Positions 52,181 to 64,000 of a stretch of DNA of 64,000 nt are shown here, piece after piece. The position numbers and the translations under genes were made by a program. Source of the DNA: Octopus vulgaris (Eukaryota); NCBI GenBank assembly GCA_951406725.2, contig OX597828.1:1922001-1986000 (forward strand), given 5' to 3'. Under the pieces are notes generated by a model. The model did not search any database. It was not told the origin of the DNA and saw only the letters and a list, made by a program, of their open reading frames with translations. Position 1 is the stretch's first letter. Each line of letters begins with the position of its first letter.

Positions 52181-52759
52181 CTGAGAAAATAGTTTCAAAC
52201 ATGACATTCCTCAACAGAAGATAGATTGGTTTGGTATATAAATCTGTTTTCTGTAGTTAAGAGAAATGGAATTTTGAGTGGATATTTCTGATTTCCACAG
52301 TAAAAGGTTTAAGACATTGGAGTATAGTTTGAGGGGCATTTTTGGGTAGTTAGTATTTATTTCTAACAGACCAAATGGCACATGTAAATTTCCTCATTAG
52401 CTCATTTTGGTGAAGGTTTTAATTAATATGCAATTTACAGTCCCGTCGTAAAAGTGTAACCCCGATTCAAAATGAAAGTAAATTGCAATAGAAATTGGAA
52501 GTGACGGCAGTGGGATTCCAAAATCTTATAAAATGAAGATAAAAACTCCCTCATAATGCCATATCTACATACCTATGTGTTTAGTGCTTTGTAATGAAGT
52601 ATTTCAGAAGTAGCAGCTGTGATACAATGTACCATGCACAGCAACGAACACCACTGAGAACGCAATTCAGTGGTGGACATGTTGATATGTGAGAGCCATC
52701 ATAATTACATGTAAGCAGTGCAATAATCTTGCACGATTAATGAACTGTAGAGAGTGAGT

Positions 52760-52811
<52 letters not shown>

Positions 52812-53222
52812 TAATGGGAAGCGGTGGCATTGTCCCGAGAAGAACTATTTGGCTTTACCAGTAATAAATTCAACTTATGTACATATTGGAATGAAACTAT
52901 CGAATTTACTATCATCTTTTGGGCCAATTTACTTTCACTTTTCTTTTATGACGATAAACAGCATGTTAACCGAGTTACTCTCCATGCCTAACGAGCCATC
53001 TATGGTACTTTTATAATTTAATCTAATTCATTATGTAGGCTTATCTTTTCCTGTTTTAGTTTATTCTTCTGATTCTATATTTCAATTCTAATTTACACCC
53101 AAAATACTTACAAATGATGTAACACGTAACTTGCGCGTGTATGCGTGGTGTATGTGTATGTGTGTATGTATGCGTGAGTGTGTGTATGTACGTGTATGCA
53201 TGGTAGGTATATATACATATAT

Positions 53223-54112
53223 TGGTGGTTTGATCAATAAGTATCCGGACTGTTGCCATGATAACGAAGTTAAAGCCCTCAGAGTAACACTGCTTGGCAC
53301 AGATTGACCTTGAACTCTATTTTGCATGCGCACTAAGTTTCAACGTTCCATCTCACTTTCGCTGTTTACAGCAGTGCTTGAAAGGAAGGTGTGTAGCGCG
53401 TGATCGTCACATTGGACATGTCAGAGAAAGTTGAGCAAAGAATCTGCATCAAATTTTGCCAAAATCTTGGCGATACCTACTCAAAGGCCTACGCAAAGTT
53501 TTCAATGAGTTTTCATCGTTTTTGACACAATCAAAGAGATCTTGTAGAACTGAAACCCGTGTGTGTTTTTGGTCGGATGAAAGCAGTTTTCGCACAAATT
53601 TGACAAACACGCGTCTCATACCCAAATCTTCAGCGATCATGAACTGAATTGGACCGTAATTAATCTGCACATCCTCTGATAACTCACAGATGGTGATTCG
53701 ATGATTTTGTCTCACAGCTGCACACATATCTGCAATATTTGTCTCAGTGCTTCTGGTTGCGGGTCTTCCAGAGCGTTCGTCATTATCGACATTTTTTCAG
53801 CCATCCTGGATACGTCTGAACCCCACGTACACATGTGTGCGGTGGCTCATACACTCCTCTCCATACACCTTCATGGTGATACCTCTGAGCAGGTATCGCC
53901 ATGAAAATGTCCTCTGTCATGGTCAATGCGACGACCACTCGCTGTTCACCTTCCTTCCAAGCACTGTTGTAAAAAGCGAAAGTGAGGTAGAACGTTGAAA
54001 CGTAGTGTACATGCACAGTACAGCCCAAAGTCAATCTATGTCAAGTGGCTTTACACTGCGTGCTTTAGCTTCGTTACTATACCAACAGTCGGAATATCTA
54101 TTGATCAAGCAA
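53223..54112. mobile_element. Non-autonomous mariner derivative with two inverted 5' ends
   Basis: ttgatcaataagtatccggactgttg and caacagtcggaatatctattgatcaa; 53230-53425 is an inverted, diverged copy of 53908-54108; transposase start MSEKVEQRICIKFC on plus; HTH region RQNHRITICELSE...KFVRKLL on minus. Confidence 0.85.
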
Positions 54113-54189
54113 TATATATAGATCTATCTAGATCTATCTATCTTTCTCTCCCTCTTCCCTCTCTCCCTCTCCCCCTCTCTCTCTCTCTC

Positions 54190-54231
<42 letters not shown>

Positions 54232-54232
<1 letters not shown>

Positions 54233-55511
54233 GAGGGGTGTTCAATAAGTAATGCCTCTGACCCACTTGCAGTTGTTTGATCTAGCTGAAACTTTGCATG
54301 TGCAATTATTTATATCTCTATAGATTAAGTGGGAAATTACAGCTCTGAACTAATTGTGGTTTCTGATTTACAGGTGTTTGAACTGAGTCAAGTGTGAAAC
54401 GGAGCCTGTTGAGTGTCGAGCAGTGATGCGGTTTTTGTATTTGAAAGGACGCACACCACGGGAGACTTTTGATGAAATAAAATTAACTTATGGTGATGAT
54501 GCCCCATCATATGACCTTGTAAAACGCTGGCATCGTGAATTCAAACATGGTCGGAACTCTGTGGAAACAGCTCCCAGATCTGGTCGCCCCCTTCTGCCAT
54601 TGATGCATCTGTCCGTCAAGTTGAGGCTGTCATTTTGGAAGATCGACGCATAACTATTCGCCAAATAGCCCATGAGGTCAAGATTAGTACCGGGTCTGTG
54701 GAAATTATCATTCATGACCAATTGCATATGCAAAAGGTGTCTGCCATATGGATTCCCAGGCTGCTCACACCTTTCCAGAAGCAAGAACGTGTCGATTGCG
54801 CGAGGATGAATTTGAAGATGTGCCAAGAAGATGAGTCAAAATTTTTCAAAAGACTGATTACACAGGATGAAACCTGGGTCCATCACTATGATCCAGAGAC
54901 CAAAGCCCAGTCAATGCAGTGGAAGCACCGTGACTCACCTCCTCCAAAGAAGGCAAGGGTGCAGCCCTCCGCTGGCAAGGTCATGCTCACAGTCTTCTGG
55001 GACCAGGACGGAGTAGTGATGACAGATTTCTTGGCAAATGGTGCCACAATTACAGGAGTCTATTATGCTTCACTTTTGAGGAAATTAAGAGAAGCTATCA
55101 AAATCAAGAGGCGGGGCAAGATCAGCAAAGGCATCCTCCTCCTGCAGGACAACGCTCCAATCCACAACTCGCGTGTCGCCAGATCAGAAGCACGGGCGTG
55201 CGGCTATGAACTCATCCTCCATTCTCTCTTCTCTCCTGACCTGCACCCTCTGATTTTCACCTCTTCCCAGCCATGAAGTTGTTTTTGAAAGGAAAGCGTT
55301 TCCCAGATGATGCAGCCTTGATTTCTGAAGTCACGTCGTGGTTGGAAGACCAAGCTGGGGTCTTCTACAAAAACGGTCTTCAGAGCTGCATCAAACGATG
55401 GGAGAAATGCGTAACTCTGGGTGGTTCCTATGTAAAAAAAGACTAATAACTGTGCCAAGTTTCGTTGCTATGGGAAGTGGGTCAGGGGCATTACTTATTG
55501 AACGCCCCTCG
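54232..55511 (+). mobile_element. Full-length mariner transposon (1280 bp; irritans/Himar-like), TA target duplication
   Basis: TIRs cgaggggtgttcaataagtaatgcctctgacccactt and aagtgggtcaggggcattacttattgaacgcccctcg. Confidence 0.95.
54399..55446 (+). pseudogene. Mariner DD34D transposase (start codon ACG; frameshifts near 54600 and 55230)
   Basis: WIPRLL, ITQDETWVHHYDPE, SAGKVMLTVFWD, LLQDNAPIH and FSPDL. Confidence 0.93.
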
Positions 55512-55775
55512 TATATATGTAGTCAACAGACGAGATCCATAGATTCTCAATGTAGAAAACACTTAATGATGCTCAAATAATTTGATCTTACACTCCGATA
55601 CCTTTACCGAGGAGGAAAAAGTGGCTAAAAGAGAAATGAAGGTGAGGAGATATGCAAAAATTTTCGCTCGTTGCGTTCTCTCTACGTGTATACATGTATA
55701 TATTTTATATATCAAATCCAATCAGTTTTATTTGGTTATTTGCATCATTATCTCCATCTCTCTCCCTCTCTCTCA

Positions 55776-55807
<32 letters not shown>

Positions 55808-55810
<3 letters not shown>

Positions 55811-56196
55811 CGCAGGAGTGGCTGTGTGGTAAGTAGCTTGCTAACCAACCACATGGTTCCGGGTTCAGTCCCACTGCGTGGCATCTTGGGCAAGTGTCTT
55901 CTGTTATAGCCCCGGGCCGACCAATGCCTTGTGAGTGGATTTGGTAGGCGGAAACTGAAAGAAGCCTGTCGTATATATGTATATATATGTATATGTATGT
56001 ATGTGTATGTGTTTTGTGTCTATGTCTGTACCCCTAGCATTGCTTGACAACCGATGCTGGTGTGTTTGCGTCCCCGTCACTTAGCGGCAAAAGAGACCGA
56101 TAGAATAAGTACTGGGCTTACAAAGAGTAATTGCTGGGGTCGGTGCTCCAGCATGGCCGCAGTCAAATGACTGAAACATGTAAAAGAGTAAAAGAG
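55808..56196 (+). mobile_element. SINE family B, nearly complete; an additional partial copy lies at 56250-56390
   Basis: aggcgcaggagtggctgtgtggtaagtagcttgctaaccaaccacatggttccgggttcagtccc...gtaaaagagtaaaagag. Confidence 0.9.
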
Positions 56197-57284
56197 TATA
56201 TGTATGTATGTATGTGTGTGTGTGAGCGCGCACACACACAAGCGAATGCCAGTGTTTGTTTCTCACCACCTCCTGGCAACCGGTATTGGTGTGTTTATGT
56301 CCGCTACTTAAGGGCTCGGAAAAGTGACCGATAGAATAAGTACCAGGCTTAACAAACCAATAGATAATGGGTTCGATTCATTCAACTAAAAATATTTTGC
56401 CATTCACTGCAATATCTCATGTACACGTGCATAGATGCATTTTATATGCAACACTACTCACATCTTCAATTTGTTCTTTTCAGTACAAATGTAACAATAA
56501 TAGCTTTATTAGCGCCGTTCATTATCTACGCAGTTCCAAATCTGTTACAATCGATAATGAATGACCGTTTCCTGTAGTTCAATATTTTACTTAAATGAGT
56601 GCGTTATAATATATTTTTCAATGTCACTTATTGGACCCCAAAACAAACTTTCACTACAAAATGTAAGATTAATTTTGCCTTTCGTGTATAGATAAAAAAT
56701 ACACTATTTCCGTTTATTGATGTATCTATATTACTCACGGTAGGCATCTGCTATGGCATCACATTTTAAAGATTATAATTCATTGCTGATATTTTAATAA
56801 TATTTATTTACCTCCACACAAAAATTCATCACTTAGCGCTAGTAGGATAGGTTATTCGATTATTGTCAAACATATCGAATTGTTCCACATCCGTTCGATG
56901 CTTCCGATGAGAAATAGTTTTATTGATCAAATTTAGGAACATAATATTGCAAACAAGATTTTACACAATGGAGCAACAAAAATTTCAGTGAATGAATACA
57001 AATGGAAAAAAGCAATAAAAATACTCGAAGAACAGTTTGAAATCATTTTAAAAATCGATAACTTGATACAAATTATATTTTATCAACAAATACTAAATAT
57101 TAAAAGGAAAATTTGTTGATATTCCATTTTATAGTTTTAAGAAAGGAATTAAAAAATGCTAGTACATTATAATACTATATATTTATGTGTGTGTGTGTGC
57201 GTGTGTGTGTGTATAAACATACCTACATGCATTCATACGTACGTATATACATAATACATATCTATATACGTAATATATATATAT

Positions 57285-57500
57285 TCTTTTATTGTTTTAT
57301 TTGTTTCAGTCATTTGACTGCGGCCATACTGGAGCTCCGCCTTTAGTCGACCAAATCGATCCCAGGTCTTACTCTTTGTAAGCCTAGTACTTATTCTATC
57401 CGCCTGTTTTGTCGAAACGCTAGCTTACGGGGACGTAAACACCAACACCGGTTGTCAAGTGAAGGTGGGGCGACAAACACAGACACACAAACATATATAT
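57285..57500 (-). mobile_element. SINE family B, 3' half
   Basis: ttgtttcagtcatttgactgcggccatactggagc...cggggacgtaaacacc. Confidence 0.85.
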
Positions 57501-57849
57501 ATATAGTCATGTATATACATATATATATATTTATATATGTATGTATATATATTATATCATGTATCACACAGACTCACACAAATACACACACACACGCATA
57601 CACACACACACACACACATATATTTTCTTTTTTTCTTTTATTTTTTTCAGTCATTCGACATGCGGCCATGCTGGTGCACTACCTTTAGTCGAACAAATCG
57701 AACCCAGGACTTATTCTTTGTAAGCCTAGTACTTATTCCATCGGTGTCTTTTGTCGAACCGCTAGGTTACGGGGACGTAAATACACCAATATCAGTTGTC
57801 AAGCGATGTTGGTGGGGGACAAACACAGATACACTGATACATGTGTATG

Positions 57850-57914
<65 letters not shown>

Positions 57915-57921
<7 letters not shown>

Positions 57922-59181
57922 ATTGGACAAAATAATGGAAATACCTAGCATCATTGCATCATAATTTTGAAATATCTATAAAACCGTCAAAAGCTTGTTC
58001 ATTTTTATGTTTTTTTGATTTATTAATTGTGTTTTTTAATATTTTTTGCTAAAATTATTGTTTCTTTTCAGATATCATTAGAAAAAGGTAATTAAAATTC
58101 ATTAAAATGTCAGATCCATCGGACTTTCAAACAGGTCAAATTGTTGGTGCGCGTTTGGCAGACACTAGCGTAGCGAAAACAGCCGAAATGTTTGGTGTAT
58201 CAAGACATACTGTCTCGAAAGTAATGACAGCCTTCGAAACAGGGGGAAAAACCTCCTCGTCGAAACAAAACTCTGGAAGAAAACCAAAACTTTCAAATAG
58301 GGACCATCAGACTCTTACGCGAATTGTGAGAAAGGATCACAAAAATGTAGCTCCCAAAATTACTGCAGAGCTAAATGACAACTTTGAGAACCCAGTTTCC
58401 ACAAAAAATGTTCCCGGTAACTGCACAAACCCGGATTTCACTGGAGGACTGCAATCAGAAAACCACTACTTTCAAAAACAAGTGTTGCACAGCGCTTAGA
58501 GTGGAGTAAACACCTACATAATTGGTCCCTAGAGCAGTGGAAGAATTTTATTGTCACGGACGAGTCAGCCTTTACCTTATTTCCGACCACCGGCCGAGTA
58601 TACGTATGGAGACAGCCAAAAGAATCATTTCACTCAGAATGCCTTCTTCCAACTGTTAAACATGGAGGAGGATCTGTGATGATCTGCGGTGAGGGGCTAT
58701 AGCTTGGAAATCTGCTGGCCCAATGGTTTCCCTTCATGGCAGAATTAATAGTCAAGACTATTTAAGCATTTTATCTGATCAAATTCATCCTATGGTTGCA
58801 GAACTGTTTCCGGTTGGAAGGGCAATCTTCCAGGATAATAATGCACCAATTCATGCTGCTACATTTATTAATGAATGGTACGAGGAACATTCTAGTGAAG
58901 TTGGACATCTTATCTGGCCACTACAGTACCCAGATCTCAATATTATTGAACATTTTATGGTGCATTTTAGGAAAGCAAGTCAGGAGTCGATATCCTCCAC
59001 CATCATCACTACAAGAACTGGAGAACGGATAAGAGTTCCTTTGGAAACAATTCAAACTTTGTACGAGTCCATACCTCATAGAATTCAAGCTGTATTTACT
59101 GCCAAAGGCGGTCCTACCACATATTAAATTAAATTTGCTTGAAATTTTAAGGTGTTCCCATTATTTTGTCCAACCCTTCTA
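57915..59181 (+). mobile_element. Full-length Tc1-like transposon in (TA)n
   Basis: TIRs ttggacaaaataatggaaatacct and aggtgttcccattattttgtccaa. Confidence 0.9.
58107..59127 (+). pseudogene. Tc1 DD34E transposase, frameshifted
   Basis: SDFQTGQIVGAR...SGRKPKL, TDES, VKHGGGSVMI, FQDNNAPIH, PDLNIIEH and AKGGPTTY. Confidence 0.92.
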
Positions 59182-59190
59182 TATATATAT

Positions 59191-59226
<36 letters not shown>

Positions 59227-59467
59227 ACACATACACACACACTCACACACACACACAGACACACACACATATATATATATATGTATGTATATATATATGT
59301 ACAACGGTCTTCTTTCAGTTTCCTTATATTAAATCCACTCAAGGGTTTGGTCAGCCCGAGGCTATAGTAGTAGACACTTACCCAAGGTGCACGCAGAGGG
59401 ACTGAACCCGGAACCATGTGGTTCCTGTGCCTATACATACATATATGCATGCATACATACATACACA

Positions 59468-60335
59468 CATGGTGATCTGAATGATCATAGGCTGACTATT
59501 AGGAGTGGTGCTAGAGTTGTGAAATCTTACACCATTAATTTCAACGCTACTTATTAATAACTGTAATGTTTCCTTCTAGGTAAAATGACATTAGGGTGTT
59601 CAAAGTAGACTTCAAATGTGAGTCGTAGCAACAGCAGATATGACGTCCCGATAATTGGTGTCCAGCCAAGTATTTCTTCATGTTGGGAAAGACCTGATAG
59701 CCAGAGAGACATGATAGCCCAAATCTGAATAATAGGGAGGGTGATCAACATGCTCAAAGCCACAGCCACACACAGCAACCATTGAAACCAAGGATATGTA
59801 TGGTGTAGCATTGTCTTGATGAAACAAGACTACCTTCGTCAGTCTTCATAGGTTCTCAATTTTCTCCCGGGGATATGTTAATAGCATTGGATATTTAATT
59901 TATAGTCAATCGCCTGACCTCCATCACCATGTGTTCAACATGATCAACATTTTCCTCAGCAGTGGCAATTGCAGGACCTTGGGTCATCTTCATGATTCTC
60001 CGTTACCTTTCTAAATTCAGCTGCCCACTTTTACGGTGTTGACGAAGCTGGATCGTCATCTCCTAATGTAACAACCAAGTCAGCATGAATGTGTTTGGGA
60101 GCTCAACCCTTTTCTGCAGGTACTTGATAACATCACGATGCCAACTTCTCTCTATTTTCAAAATATCTCGTTACTAGTTACATTTGGAGTCTTCTGTGAA
60201 CTGTCAGATATCAGTCTGTCTGGAAAGAAACGATGCAGTTATTAATGAGCAGAGTTAAAATTAATTCATGCAAAATTTCACAGCTCTAGCATTATTCCTT
60301 CATAGTCTGCCTATGAATTTTTCAACATAACCTCG
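59468..60335 (-). mobile_element. Old, internally deleted mariner
   Basis: Degenerate inverted ends tcataggctgactatt...gctagagttgtgaaat and atttcacagctctagc...atagtctgcctatga...cctcg followed by TA; minus-strand remnants VIKYL, KWAAEF and HQDNA. Confidence 0.7.
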
Positions 60336-61954
60336 TATATATATAAATATGTTTTTTGTGTGAATCAAAAGTTTTGTTAGAAATGTTGAGTGAAATTGTT
60401 TCAAAGAGAAAAAAAAATAGATTATAACTGAATCAGCTCGGCATTGAAAGCTGGAATTGTTATAAACAATATCTTAGAAATTGACTAAAATAATCAAAAT
60501 ATGAAATTTCAAATATTTTTTAGAAAAGTATTTCAATAAAATCGCATTGAAAAATACTGTTATAAACAGTATTTATGTCTATAAGACATAAATAGCTTAA
60601 ATTATGAATATATTTATATACTATTGGCAAACACATATTCAGCTTTGAAATGTAAATATATTATTTGGTTAAAACGCAGCAAGCCATGAACTGTTCGACT
60701 CGATTTGATTGTCTTAACATGAATGTCTTCTGGCGTTCGTCCTACAGAGATCAAGAGAGGGGAGAAAGAGAGAGTGAGAGAGAGGGCGAAGCAGTTGAGA
60801 GCTACTTAGAGTAACGAGCAGTGGTTTTACATTTTGGGATAACACAAAATAAAATAACTAAAGTGTTCAAAGAACGTGTGTACATGTGTCGATATAAGTT
60901 CATATACGATCAACATAACTTCACTGTTTATATAAACAGCAGGACCTCTTTTGTGCAGGATGAACTTGAGAAAAGCTTTTGTAGGACAAATATCAGTGGA
61001 GACACTTCAGATGGTAATAATTAGTCAAAAGCTCTTCTTGGGTTTGTCCTGTAGAAAAAGCCTTGCCTTTAAACCGTGGCATCTATTTACACAGCGAAAC
61101 TGAATGTATGTTTATCAAATTTACGCAGGTAAACCTAATCACAATTCATCCTCCAACACGCTGCTCCAGGACATAGTTTATCAAATAGGAATAGAAGGAT
61201 ATTCAACAGTCAGATACTTAGAAAATATATATTTCAAACTCTGGAGTCGTACTTATTCCTACATAAATGATTAAGTAAAATAATATTCCGCGAGCAATCA
61301 TTTGAAATGAGTATAATTTTTCGAACTATTAGCCTCAACTTCAGATATTGGGCATTTTAAATGAAACTTGACCACAGAGATAATAAAAGAACGGAATCTG
61401 ACAGTCACAGTATAGAGTAGTTGTCTGTGAAATGCTCTAGTGCAGTGTAAAGAAATATCCCTTGTGGTTTAATACTTTATCTTTGACATTTTCTGACTTA
61501 GTGAAGTAAATTATTTCATAAGTTTTTTACGCTATCTATTTATGTCTTCATTCAAAGATCACAATCTTTCACCTCACACCATAATAGAGACTTTAGCATT
61601 GCTAAATTATCATTAGCGTCATGGTATTGATAAGGAAATACTTTTTCGGGAAAGCTGTTATTGTTGCTACAAGGCTTGTTACAGGTACTTTTGGAACTTT
61701 ACTATTGTTGATATTTTTGATATTACTGCAGATCATTATCATGAAATTTCATCAATAACCTAAATTTGTCTGAAGTATTTTCTCAAGGAGAATGAATGAA
61801 GCGCTACAAGCTACCATTAAAGAGTTATGTGCTTCCAGCTAGCATGGTTAGAAGACATGTATGTGTGTGTGTTTGTTTATATTTGTTCACCCCTATTGCT
61901 TTGTTTACGTCCCCGTAACTTAGCGGTTTGGCAAAGAGTTTCATAGAAAGAAGC

Positions 61955-63245
61955 TCTTTGTCCTCCGACAGCTGTGGGGCGAAGAGACTCTCGTAGAGGA
62001 TTGGTGTAAGGCAGAAGTCATATACCTGCTGACGGAAGCCAATGCAGAGACTATAAAACAGTTTAGGCCAATATCCTTATTGAATGTGGAAGGCAAGATC
62101 TTTATGGGAATTCTTTCGAGCAGAACAGTGACATATTTACAGAGTAATGAATATGTTGCTGAATCTGTTCAAAAGACCGGAATCCCTGGGATCCCTGGAT
62201 GCGTTGGACATTGCTTTTCGATTTGGAAAGCGATCCAGGATGCCAAATACAACAAGAGATGTCTGAAAGTGGTATGGCTTGACCTAGTTAATACATATGG
62301 CTCAGTGTCACACGAATTACTAATGAGAGCCATAGACCACTTCCACATTCCAGACAAAGTAACCAAAATAATGAGGATGCATTATGACAGTTTCGAGATG
62401 AGGTTTACAGCTAGAGATTTTACAACAGATTGGTACCAACTGGAGATTGGCATTGCTGCTGGCTGTACAATATCTGTCACGTAGTTTATCTTTGTCATGG
62501 AGATGATTTTGAAAGCCGTGGATTTTTCGAAACAAATCGCCCATGTAAAATCGCCTAAGAAAGCCTTCATGACACTTCTATCATGACACATCTATCTACA
62601 GATAAGCAAATTGATCTCAACAACAGTGAAAAAAGCTGTTGAAAGTACCAATTTGATATTTCATTTTCTTCATGCACTCAGGATAGCGGATCCGTTTCAA
62701 GAAGAACAAACTTCCTGTGAGAGATGAAAAGTGGAACGGCTATTGGGAGGTGACTGCAGATTTACCAGGGTGCCAGGAACTCTTTCCCATCCCAGTTACG
62801 AAAAAGACTTTTTAATGTGGTATGAAAGAAAAGAAAGTAGTGAATCTAGTCTAGTTAACAGTTCCTCATGAAGATAACATGGATGCCGCTCGGGATCGAA
62901 ATATTGACCGTTATGTAAACCTCCACGAGGAATGTGAAGACGCAGGCTGAAAAGCGGAGCATTTTCCAATCGAAGTCGGATGTAGAGGGTTTGTTGCACA
63001 TAGTGTGAGATGACTGTTGTTATCGTTAGGCTTGACTCATTGTAAAGTAAATACCACCATGAGTGATATCCAAAGGCTAGTCACTGGATTTGGTTAAAAA
63101 GAGACGATGAGCGATGGCTAGAAGAATATTGAGCTATATCTGATAACCAGCTGATCTAGCAAGCGAGGCCGGTGCGCATTGATGCTAGCGAGAGGTAGGC
63201 CCGAAACGGCGCACATTCTCTCCTGATGACCCCATACACTTGCTG
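61955..63245 (+). mobile_element. HERO-like RLE non-LTR retrotransposon, 5'-truncated and internally deleted, inserted in a SINE family B tail
   Basis: QFRPISLLNVEGKIF...VQKTGIPGIPGC..H...VVWLDL.N.YGSV.H...GIAAGCTIS...KAFM; RLE region LTVPHED...PIEVGCRGFV. SINE halves lie at 61900-61950 and 63246-63308. Confidence 0.82.
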
Positions 63246-63355
63246 ATTTGTTCGACTAAGCCCCAGCATGATCGCAGTTCAGTGATTGAAGCAAGCGGTG
63301 AAAGATAATATAGTAATGATCATGATGAATGTAACTAGAATATTTATAACTCAGG

Positions 63356-63405
<50 letters not shown>

Positions 63406-63915
63406 GTGTGTGTGTATGTGGTGTATCTAAGCAGTAGATAGTGTATCTAAGTAATAGACAGTGACGACAGAAAAGTAGACTCGTGAAAAAAAAAAAAGGT
63501 CAGGCACATGATAAGTGAGAAAATACCCGTATGGTAAGTGTCATACTAGTATCAAACGATCAGCGATTTGTATCCTGTCATGGTTTTATACTGTTTCTCT
63601 ATATTTCTAAGGTTCTTAACCCATTTAAAGTCCATTTTATTTTGGTATAAATAGAAACCATCTGAGATTTACTGTGAGCATTTTTTTATGCATTTCATTA
63701 TACGCTAATCAGTTGCATACCAGATGGGTGTCTTGGTTAAGAATTGAGATGTGTTGATATGCATCATTAAGTTATTCTGTTATAAATAAACTATTGAGCG
63801 TAACACGAAATTTTAATATAATAGGCTTCACAGAGGCTGGTTATTAATCATGGATGTCCGTATGTTGGACATTCGTAAGTCGAGGATTGCGTGTAATGTA
63901 TTATAAAGTCTAATT

Positions 63916-64000
63916 TGTTCCTACTCTTGGCACAAGGACCTAAATTTTGGGGGAAGGGGCCAGTCGATTAGATCGACCCTAGAACGCAACTGGTGCTTAA
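63916..64000 (-). mobile_element. SINE family A 3' end, cut by the window edge
   Basis: ctactcttggcacaaggacctaaattttgggggaaggggccagtcgattagatcgaccc. Confidence 0.75.

Larger units (their letters stand above)
57640..59430 (-). mobile_element. SINE family B split by a Tc1 element (3' half 57640-57840; 5' half 59300-59430)
   Basis: The two halves flank the internal TA/CA tract that contains the Tc1 element. Confidence 0.7.

Noticed and set aside
60942-61012. Plus-strand cag...gtaata-bounded short frame (TSFVQDELEKSFC...)
   Set aside because: Weak acceptor, no homology; expected by chance.

Overview
AT-rich eukaryotic, non-genic (intronic or intergenic) DNA made up almost entirely of transposable elements and microsatellites. 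The SINE families and the (TAA)n, (TA)n, (CA)n and (GA)n landscape look like an octopod cephalopod (Octopus); this is recognition from memory, not a database result. No host gene can be called with confidence, and nearly all listed ORFs are microsatellite or antisense artefacts. Recognisable content: (1) two tRNA-derived SINE families, one with a Deu/Nin-like central domain and one CORE/OR2-like with an internal microsatellite; (2) Penelope-like pieces, including a GIY-YIG endonuclease and several minimal type I hammerhead motifs; (3) Tc1/mariner elements, three full-length and three rearranged; (4) a Chapaev3-like DNA transposon; (5) L1/Tx1-like remnants; (6) a stack of co-oriented R4/Dong-like RLE retrotransposons in (TAA)n; (7) a HERO-like element. 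Most unusual: two different elements have inserted at practically the same position in the anticodon-like loop of one SINE head (20.8-23.2 kb), each with its own target-site duplication. One encodes only an ORF1-like protein and the other is a 445-bp non-coding element, which suggests sequence-specific retroelements that parasitise the SINE. Also notable: two local inverted duplications with the same geometry, one of which gives a 700-bp palindrome with a hammerhead motif on each strand.
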